Notes under the pieces: model-generated | The model's input: the letters and a program-made list of their open reading frames with translations, nothing else | The model's database searches: none | Told to the model about the DNA's origin: nothing | Translations under genes and position numbers: made by a program | In this document: in pieces, positions 13,201 through 22,984 of the stretch | Numbering within the stretch: position 1 is the first letter of the stretch | How the letters are laid out: every line of letters starts with the position of its first letter | Assembly: GCA_051294375.1 (NCBI GenBank) | Contig: CM119266.1 | Span: 3,784,420-3,848,419, forward strand | From: Paraspadella gotoi | Taxonomy: Eukaryota; Animalia; Chaetognatha | Direction of reading: 5' to 3' | DNA: 64,000 bases

Positions 13201-14442
13201 CGAAGCTTCTCGTCCGGGACCTTCAAAGTGTCCAGCCTTGTAATCCATTGCCCATCTCGGTACGGGCGTTTAGAACCGGAGTCCAGTGCAGAGTACGACC
13301 CATACTCACTGGGGTCGGACCCCTGATCAGTTTCTTGACCTGATCTGATCTGACCTGATCTTATTCTTGACCTTTGACTTTGACTCTTGACCTGATCTTA
13401 ATCTTGACCTTTTTCAACCCGGATTCTCATTCGTCAAAGCGAAAAGGTATTCCACTCAATCGTGACAACACTCGATGACCTGCTTGACCTCTAGTTGACC
13501 TATTTTTGACCTCTAGTTGACCTATTTTTGACCTCTAGTTGACCTCTTCTGTACCGCTTTTCTGATCGGTGGTTTCCTCTCGGTTTTTTGTTGCCTTGAG
13601 GGAGGGAGGGGAAGGGGAAGAAGAGGAGGAGGATGAGGGAGAGAGGAAGAGGAGGAGGAGGGAGGAGGGAGAAGAGGAGGAGGAAAGAGGGAGGAAGAAG
13701 AGGGAGAGAGGGAGGAGGAGGAGGAAAGAGGAGAAGGAGGGAGAGAGAGAAGAGTAGGAGGAAAGAGGGAGGAAAGAGGAGGGAGAGAGGGAGGAAAGAG
13801 GAGGAGGAGAGAGAGAGAGGAGGAGAAAGAGGGAGGGAAAGAGGGGAGGAAGAGGAGGGAGAGAGAAGAGGGAGGAGGAAGAGAGGGAGGAAGAGGAGGG
13901 AGGAAGAGGAGGAATGAGGGAGGAAGAAGGAGGGAGGTAGGAAAAGGGAGGAGGAGGAGGGAGGAGAGAAAGGGGAGGAAGGAGAAAGAAAAAGAATTAA
14001 AATTAAAAAAATGAAATTAAAAATTAGAAAATCTCGTCAGTCGTCTTTCATTATTTGAGAATATTAAAATTCAGAGCGTTAAGCAAGTGTTGATTCTCTT
14101 CTCTCTCTCTCTCTCTCTCTCTCCTGCTCTCTCTCTCTCTCTCTCTAATCCCTCCCTTCTTCATTTCCTCAATTTCTTCATTCCGCCTGCGCGCTGGTAG
14201 AGACAGATCCATGAGATCAGAGAGTGAGAGACAGAGAGAACATAAGCTTCTTCTTTTTTCTCAAACCGGAATTTTCTTCGATTCCCTTTTTTTTTCTCGT
14301 TATAATTTTTGAAGTCGCCACTAGCGCCTCTTGCGACTTCATGATAATACTAATTATAATGCATCTTATCTTAAAAAGCACTCTGCTCAATGAGCTCATA
14401 GTGCTCATAGTGTTTATTTAAATGTATCACAAGTACGCAATA

Positions 14443-15242
14443 AGGCGTAGTAAGAATTTCTAAATTTAACTTTAATTAAAATTCTAAAAGTGAGGAACAA
14501 AAACATTATACTATGAACATTTATGTAATAAAAGAAATTATAATAAAATTTTTACAATTTACGCAGTAGGCCATATTTTATACTAGTACTAATCCAATAA
14601 ATGTTAAAATTTCAAAACAGTTTTTCTAATTTTTTTGTTTTTTGCAGATTTGGATTCGTCATAAAAAGTTGATAAAAGAAATATAACTCTTTTTGAAAAA
14701 TTCTTCATTAAGTGGGTCAAAAATGAGAAAAGAGCTATATTTTAAGCTGAAAATTAACTTTTTATATATTAAAATATATTTTTTTTAATTTTTAACCCAC
14801 TTAATGAAAGAATTTTTTAAAAATTAATTTATATTTTCTTTTATCAACTTTTGACGAGGAATTCAAATCTGCAATCATTGTATTTTGACTTCTTTTTTGC
14901 TATTTAAAATAGTTTAGAGATGAAACGAAAAATTTGTTGTTATAGCAATTTTTATTTTTATTATTGTTCATGTTTCGACTCTTAGTGTTACGAGTCTTCA
15001 TCACTTGCTGATGATTGCTATTACAACGAATTTTTCGTTTCATCTCTAAATCTGCAATCAAAATTAAGAAAAGCCTATTTTGAATTTTTTTCATTTTATA
15101 AGGATAGTACTATATATAAATATGGCCTACTGCAAAAATTAAAAAACATAATATTATTTTTTTTTACAAATTAATGTTCACTGATGGTAAGTTGTTCATA
15201 ATTTACTTTTAGAATTTCCGTACGTAACTTTCACTACGCTCT
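14443..15242. mobile_element. Palindromic (foldback/MITE-like) element with an internal insertion
   Basis: Termini AGGCGTAGT...ACTACGCTC flanked by TA. Nested inverted arms (gcagtaggccatattt / aaatatggcctactgc; ttcattaagtgggt / acccacttaatgaa). Further copies at about 50125-50661 and 55127-55665; related fragments at about 4250-4480 and 7720-7950. Confidence 0.75.
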
Positions 15243-16670
15243 AGTACGCAATTATCGTGCCAGTCACAAGTCAAAGCGCGATGATTGTGCGTGATTCAAT
15301 GCGTTATAATTGTTTCTGACACAATTGCAAGTATAATGCTTGGGCGTACCCCAATTGCAAGCATAATGCTTGGGCGTGTCCCAATTGCAAGCATAATGCT
15401 TGGGCGAGTCACAATTCACACCAAATCACAATCACCAGTGAGTAAAGATGGGAGAGAAGCGTCTAGAGTAAAACGTTAAAGTGTTTTATCAAAAGGGTCT
15501 GAATACAGATGATATATGAATATTAGAGTGATGTGAAAATGCTAAAATTTTTAAAAATTTAAATNNNNNNNNNNTCACTACGCTCTATTACGCAATTATC
15601 GTGCCAGTCACAAGTCAAAGTGCGATGATTGGGCGTGATTCAATGCGTTATAATTGTTTCTGACACAATTGCTAGTATAATGCTTGGGCGTACCCCAATT
15701 GGAAGCATAATGCTTGGGCGTGTCCCAATTGCAAGCATAACGCTTGGGCGAGTCACAATTCACACCAAATCACAATCACCANNNNNNNNNNNNNNNNNNN
15801 NNNNNNNNNNNNNNNNNNNNNNNNNNNNNNNNNNNNNNNNNNNNNNNNNNNNNNNNNNNNNNNNNNNNNNNGAGAAGCGTCTAGAGTAAAACGTTAAAGT
15901 GTTTTATCAAATTGTGTCCTCTGAATACAGATGATATATGAATATAGATGGATTGAATTCAGCTGAGAGAGAGAGAGAGAATGAGGGGGAGAGTGAAAGA
16001 TTGAGACAGATTCATTCAACCCAAACTCCATACCTTAGGCTTAGGGCAAGAGCCGGGTTGCCTGTGATGCCCATAGGGATAGGGCATCTCACTGTTGGCT
16101 TTGGGGGCTTCCGACCCTCAGTGACGCCTCCTGTCACTGGCGCGGTTACCCTAAGACGGTCTCGCTTTGCCAACGCAAAGGGAAGTCGTGAGAACTGTGG
16201 AATCCAGTGTGGATGGAACCCAACGCCTGGCTGAAGGATGATGGACGTAAGGCGGTGTGAATATTCAGCCTCACCCAAACCTATTACTGTAAACGCCAGT
16301 TCCTTACCCAACTTCCTCACCCAAATCGCAAACTAAGTCCTAATCCTTAATCAATGATTAATTAATGATTAATGATAATCATTAATCTTATACCAAACAT
16401 AATCCCTAATCTTAGTCTTTAACTAAAAAAATTAACTTAATTCAGAAAATAAAATGTGTCGTTCTTAGAAAATAAGTCTCTTCACGAATTTCGACGAAGG
16501 AAAATCCTCTTTTAATTCTCCTCACGATTCGAAAAACCGACATAAATCAGAATTGACCGACAAAATGAGACGAATGAGATGATTTCTGTCGGGTGACATT
16601 TCCCATAAGTCGGCTCTGGACCCAGAGTCTCCCGCTTCAAGACCGACCGACCGACGAAAAAATGTCGGTC

Positions 16671-16732
<62 letters not shown>

Positions 16733-17023
16733 GTTTTCGAAGTCGCTCTCTATCTTCGCTCGTGACTTTGAAACTCGTATTTTCTTCCTCTCAATTTATT
16801 TCGCTCCGTTTGGTTCACTGTGTCAGCCACTATTTCGAGTTGCGCCCCAAAGTGTTTTTTTTTTTTTATTAAAATTCGGTTCATTAAGATGTAAACACTA
16901 AACACTAATTGACTCAAAGAAATACTAATAATAATATAATAATATAATAATATAAAATATCATAATAAAACTAATTATTTTTTTTTATTTGGTGAAAAAT
17001 CAAATCCTTTCCTCCGAATTGTT

Positions 17024-17057
<34 letters not shown>

Positions 17058-17385
17058 NNNNNNNNNNNNNNNNNNNNNNNNNNNNNNNNNNNNNNNNNNN
17101 NNNNNNNNNNNNNNNNNNNNNNNNNNNNNNNNNNNNNNNNNNNNNNNNNNNNNNNNNNNNNNNNNNNNNNNNNNNNNNNNNNNNNNNNNNNNNNNNNNNN
17201 NNNNNNNNNNNNNNNNNNNNNNNNNNNNNNNNNNNNNNNNNNNNNNNNNNNNNNNNNNNNNCTCTTTCCTCTCTCTCTCTTTCTCTCTCTTTCTCTCATC
17301 TCTGTCTCTGTCAAGCGCAAAGATAATTGAAAAAATATTTTCCTTCGATTCTTTTCAATTCCGATTCGCGACTTTTATTTCTACA

Positions 17386-17541
17386 CATTGTCTCACACCT
17401 TGTCTCACACCTTGTCTCACACTTTGTCTCACTCTTTATTTAACACTCTGTCCCACACTTTGTTTCACACTTTGTCCCCTCATTGTCTCACACTTGGTCT
17501 CACACTCTGTCTACACACTTTGTTTCACACTTTGTCTCACA
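17386..17541. repeat. Minisatellite, 12-bp unit TTGTCTCACAC(C/T)
   Basis: About 13 units. Confidence 0.88.
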
Positions 17542-18227
17542 TTTCCAGTTGGTTTAACCCTTTTCTCTAATTCGAATTCTTTCCGACTCCCGTCGTCTTT
17601 TCAATTTAAGCTCCTTAGGTCTTTTTTCTGTTTTNNNNNNNNNNNNNNNNNNNNNNNNNNNNNNNNNNNNNNNNNNNNNNNNNNNNNNNNNNNNNNNNNN
17701 NNNNNNNNNNNNNNNNNNNNNNNNNNNNNNNNNNNNNNNNNNNNNNNNNNNNNNNNNNNNNNNNNNNNNNNNNNNNNNNNNNNNNNNNNNNNNNNNNNNN
17801 NNNNNNNNNNNNNNNNNNNNNNNNNNNNNNNNNNNNNNNNNNNNNNNNNNNNNNNNNNNNNNNNNNNNNNNNNNNNNNNNNNNNNNNNNNNNNNNNNNNN
17901 NNTAAATTTCACCTTAGCCATTGACTAATAGCCAATTCAACCCGTAACTTTAAACATAACTATAAAGATAACTATAATCACCGAAAAAGCCCTTAGGTTG
18001 CTATGACAATAAAAATAAACTGGAAGGTTAAAAACGTGACTCTTGCTTTACAACTTTTTTTCTTCAATTTAATATCAAAATTTAAATAATACATGAATTA
18101 TATCTAAATATCTAATCATGGTTCATCCTCGAGTAAGTTTTTCCCTCCATTCTTGAGCCGGTCGACCAATAACCGTTAACCACCGGTTAATAACCATCCT
18201 ACCGATTTTATTCCGTTCCTCAGCTTT

Positions 18228-18748
18228 CTCTTTATCACTTATTAATAGCTCATCTTTTATATTTTCTTTATCACTTGTTAATAGCTCATCTTTTATATTT
18301 TCTTTATCACTTGTTAATAGCTTATCTTTTATATTTTCTTTATCACTTATTAATAGCTCATCTTTTTACTAATTTTTCTTTATCACTTGTTAATTAGCTC
18401 ACCTTTATTCTTTCTTTATCACTTGTTAATAACTCATACTTTTACTATCTTCATTATACTACATTGTTAATAGCTCATCTTTTTATATTTTCTTTATCAC
18501 TGTTAAGTGAGCCTCATCTTTATATTCTCTTTCCTTATCAACTTGTTAATAGCCTCCATTTTTATATTTTCTTTTCATGCACTTTAATAGCTCATCCTTT
18601 TATCTTTGCTTCTACACTTGTTAACATCAGCTCATCCTTTTATCACTTTCTTATCACTTTTTAAATAGCCTTTCTTTTATATTTTTCTTTATCACTTCGT
18701 TAATGAAGCCTCATCTCTTTTATATTTTCTTTATCACTTCACTTTTAA
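18228..18748. repeat. Minisatellite, ~35-bp unit TTTCTTTATCACTTGTTAATAGCTCATCTTTTATA
   Basis: About 14 degenerate units. Confidence 0.9.
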
Positions 18749-18774
18749 TATAACATTAAATGTGTGGATAAGGC

Positions 18775-18960
18775 AGTGCTATCCGCATCTTCTTTAAGCC
18801 CATCTAGCAGCCATGGACCGGGTCCTGGGCTTGAAACCAGGTTTGAGGGTTTTCCAGGCCCCCAAGGCGGTTTAGGGCCGTCCTCAGGCTTCCCGCAGGG
18901 TAGGTCCCATTGGGGACCGATCCCGGTACATAATGTTGATGACCTGATGGTATTACTCAA
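18775..18960. mobile_element. Dispersed GC-rich repeat (retroelement fragment?)
   Basis: Core GCAGCCATGG..GGGTCCTGGGCTTG.AACCAGG.TT.AGGGTTTTCCAGGC.CCCAAGGCGGTTT is shared with 10640-10800 (same strand) and with 51020-51140 and 56020-56140 (reverse). Confidence 0.75.
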
Positions 18961-21669
18961 TCCGTCCATTTCCAACCTTCCTTTCCTCTTTTCCTATTTT
19001 CTTATTTTCCTGTTCTCCGATCCTACCTTATTTCCTTTTCATACCATCCCTTCAATTCTATGTTGTCTCCTCCTCCGAAATTCCTCAATTCCCCGATTTC
19101 TTATTCTTCTCATTTTTTTCATTTTCTCATTTTCCCATTTTTAAACTTCGCACGTTCTCATTGTCCCACTTCCTCAAGTTCTAATGTTNNNNNNNNNNNN
19201 NNNNNNNNNNNNNNNNNNNNNNNNNNNNNNNNNNNNNNNNNNNNNNNNNNNNNNNNNNNNNNNNNNNNNNNNNNNNNNNNNNNNNNNNNNNNNNNNNNNN
19301 NNNNNNNNNNNNNNNNNNNNNNNNNNNNNNNNNNNNNNNNNNNNNNNNNNNNNNNNNNNNNNNNNNNNNNNNNNNNNNNNNNNNNNNNNNNNNNNNNNNN
19401 NNNNNNNNNNNNNNNNNNNNNNNNNNNNNNNNNNNNNNNNNNNNNNNNNNNNNNNNNNNNNNNNNNNNNNNNNNNNNNNNNNNNNNNNNNNNNNNNNNNN
19501 NNNNNNNNNNNNNNNNNNNNNNNNNNNNNNNNNNNNNNNNNNNNNNNNNNNNNNNNNNNNNNNNNNNNNNNNNNNNNNNNNNNNNNNNNNNNNNNNNNNN
19601 NNNNNNNNNNNNNNNNNNNNNNNNNNNNNNNNNNNNNNNNNNNNNNNNNNNNNNNNNNNNNNNNNNNNNNNNNNNNNNNNNNNNNNNNNNNNNNNNNNNN
19701 NNNNNNNNNNNNNNNNNNNNNNNNNNNNNNNNNNNNNNNNNNNNNNNNNNNNNNNNNNNNNNNNNNNNNNNNNNNNNNNNNNNNNNNNNNNNNNNNNNNN
19801 NNNNNNNNNNNNNNNNNNNNNNNNNNNNNNNNNNNNNNNNNNNNNNNNNNNNNNNNNNNNNNNNNNNNNNNNNNNNNNNNNNNNNNNNNNNNNNNNNNNN
19901 NNNNNNNNNNNNNNNNNNNATGAATACAGTTTCCTTCTTCGCGCCCATCCGATCTTTATCCTTCCTCACGCCCATCCCCCTTCCACTCTCCCCCATTTCC
20001 TCTCTCTCCCCTTTCTCTCACCCTTCCCTCTTCTCCCCTTCCTCTCTCCCCTTTCCCTCTCTCCCCTTTGCCTCCCCCTTTCCCTCTCTCCTATTTCCTC
20101 TCTTCCCCTTCCTTCTCTCCCCCCTTTCCTCTCCCCCTTTCTCTCTCCCTTCCCTCTCCCTCTTCCCACTCTTCCCCTCCGTCTCTCCGCCATTTCCTTC
20201 TCCCCTTCCCTCTCTCCCTTTCCCTCTCTCCCCTCCTCTTTTCCATCACTATCCAACAAAATTTAAAGTTTCGCGGTTTCGGTGTTTTCTTTAATAATAC
20301 TCCCATTATTCTCTGATATTTAATTCGTAGATAATTTTTGTCAATTAATTTCAAGAAACAACAGCTTCGTTATACGAAGTAATACATTTTTGCCTCAATA
20401 TTTTTAGATTAAAAACGATTTCTTTTTTCTTATTCGTCTCTTTCATCCCCTACGCTTTTTGTTGATCTTTTGTTTATGTTTGTTCAAACAACAAAAAATT
20501 CTCAATCTCCCTCTTTCGTCTAAAACGAGAACACATTTTTGCGCGTTGAAGGTTTTTTTTCGTCTTTGTTTTGTTTCCGGCAAATTACTTAGCAAAAAAC
20601 AAAAGCCCGAAAAAAAGGATCACTAACCTGCCCCCTTACTCTTCGGGCTACCCTTAAAAAAAATGATTACTCACTGGGCGCGAAGAACCCGGGAATATCC
20701 AGCTTAGAAAGATTCGTTGACAATTCTCGGCCTTGTAAAGAAGACGAGGACGAAAAGAGAGAAAGAAATATTGGTTGATGAAAAATTGGGTCGAGGCTGA
20801 GAAAATAAACAAAAGAACAGAGGAATATCTGTCGCTTCTTTGGAGAAAAAGAAAGATTCTCGGATGTAGAATCTGAAATATGTTAATATGAAATTTATGA
20901 TACCAAGATAACACTATACAATCTTTTAGTAACAAGTTATCTTGCTTCTGACTTTTGACTGGGTATCTATTACAAGAAATTACTCTTACTGTTTAGTTTA
21001 TTAACTGTCACAGAAATTTCCTTTTTATAAACTGTTTAAATTGTTTTAACTATTATAATGTTTAATGTGAATCTTAAGGGCTTCGATGATCATACTATAT
21101 CACAAGGATTTGACCGATTGACCGATGGATCTGAATTCAGGATATACGGACATTGACAAAAGACTTACAGAGACAGAATAAGATTATTAAAAAAGGCTGG
21201 ACCGGAGCTTATTTATAACTATAGAGTATCTTGATAATTTTTTAACTATTAACAATATATTAACTTTATTCATCCCACTTTTGGGGAAAACGTCTTTTTT
21301 TCAATATTTTTTTTTCAATAATACGTTGAAAGTTGAAGATGATGTATCAAAAAAATCAATAATCTGTCATAAAAAAAATAGGAAATATATTGAAAAATAA
21401 TAAAACTGATAATTTATCGATATTTTCCTTCCGGTCCCCACATCTCTCCCCCTCTTCCCTTCCTTCTCCCCTTCTCTCCCTCCCGGTCTCTTCCCCTTTC
21501 TTCCCCTCTCTCCCCTCTCTCCCCTCTCCCTTCCCTCTCTCCCCTCTCCCTCTCCTCTCTCCCTCTCTCCCTCCCTTCTCCTCCCTCCCTCTCTCCCCTC
21601 TCTCTCCCTCTCCCTCCCCCTCTCCCTCCCCCCACTCCTTTCCCTCATTGCTTTCCAATTGTCTTGCAG

Positions 21670-21814
21670 GTGTCCAATTTCTTCTGCAAATTCTCCAGTT
21701 TCTTAATGTACGCCTGTTCCCATTTCGCCGTTGGGTTGGTGTTGCCATGACGATAGAAAGATACGTCGCGGTTATTTACCCGCTCTCAGCCAATCAGAAT
21801 TGCCACGGTTACCG
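21670..21814 (+). CDS. Rhodopsin-class peptide GPCR (FMRFamide/sex-peptide receptor-like), TM3 exon; contains a 1-nt frameshift
   Basis: Acceptor ttgcag| and donor |gtaatc. Reads VSNFFCKFSSFLMYACSHFAV, then after a frameshift near 21730-21740 VAMTIERYVAVIYPL: TM3 Cys and ERY motif. Ends phase 2 (CG|A). Confidence 0.85.
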
Positions 21815-22024
21815 GTAATCATAAAGTCATTTCTTTCTCTAACTCAAATTCCTAATGAACTGTCACCTTCTTATTATACTTAATTTCTGACTGTCTAAAC
21901 GAAAATCTCAATTTCTTTCCAAATTTAAATTCTGGCTTGTTTTAAAAATTGGGTCGGGGACCTGATTTGGTTCCGTATGACTGAGACCATGTCTAACAAT
22001 GTCATAGTTACAATTTGACTTTAA

Positions 22025-22078
<54 letters not shown>

Positions 22079-22103
22079 ATCAACATCTCTTTTTTATCTC
22101 CAG

Positions 22104-22210
22104 AGCCAAAGTTGTGATCGTCTCTCTCGTCTGTTTTATTGCGGGAATCAATTCTCACTTTTTCGTGACTCACGGTCTTCACTCGGTCAACGCGCCGCTT
22201 AATGGAACTG
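22104..22210 (+). CDS. GPCR TM4 exon (copy 1)
   Basis: ctccag|...|gtgaga. RAKVVIVSLVCFIAGINSHFFVTHGLHSVNAPLNGT. Phases 2/1 match the neighbouring exons. Confidence 0.8.
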
Positions 22211-22215
22211 GTGAG

Positions 22216-22276
<61 letters not shown>

Positions 22277-22283
22277 CTCTCTC

Positions 22284-22345
<62 letters not shown>

Positions 22346-22734
22346 GATATATTTTATTATAAATTTAGTCTTTTGGTTTTCAATGAAACAATTACCAAGC
22401 GTTTGTGTATTTTTATGCGGCCTCCACCGTTAATTAGAAACGAAAATGAACAATAATAAAAGAAAAAAAGGACGAAGAAAAAGGAATGGTAGTGGTGAGG
22501 CTCTCTCTCTAGGGCAGGTGATAGTTTACAGAATCGAAAGGTCGAACCTTTAAAATAAAAAAAGGAAAAGAAAAAATGAAATCTACGCAGCTGCCTCTGA
22601 AGAAAAGCTACGCTCGATTCGCTTCATGAATTTTGGTGTCTGACACCCGCAAAACTGCTTCAGTTGTTGCAAATTTCATCTCATCTGTCTGTCGAACAAG
22701 AGAGGTCGATACCTTTCAGAATTTCCGATCAAAA

Positions 22735-22984
22735 TTGTATTTGTATTGTTAAATAAATATATCGAACAGGCAGGTTTTACAGGGCGCCCACCCGCAGCGT
22801 GTTCACCTCGTGCGACAGCGAGACAGCATGTTAATTGTTCACGTAGACCCGAGCTCTGGATCTGGCAGCAGGCCCTTCCTACAGGCGGGTAACCGGTCCA
22901 TCCCATTTCTTACATGTCAACCTCAGGGCTCGAACCTGGGACGCACATTGGATGGTGCATTAGTCCACTGAGCCACTGAGGCGC
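22735..22984 (-). mobile_element. tRNA-derived SINE
   Basis: Minus strand has an A box TGGCTCAGTGG, a B box GGTTCGAGCCC, a GC-rich body and an AT-rich ACAAAT-like tail. Confidence 0.75.

Noticed and set aside
13569-13990. E/R/G-rich ORFs and similar SLSL/RERE ORFs across the window
   Set aside because: Polypurine/polypyrimidine microsatellite artefacts.
19060-20266. Long ORFs through N runs
   Set aside because: They are open only because of assembly gaps.
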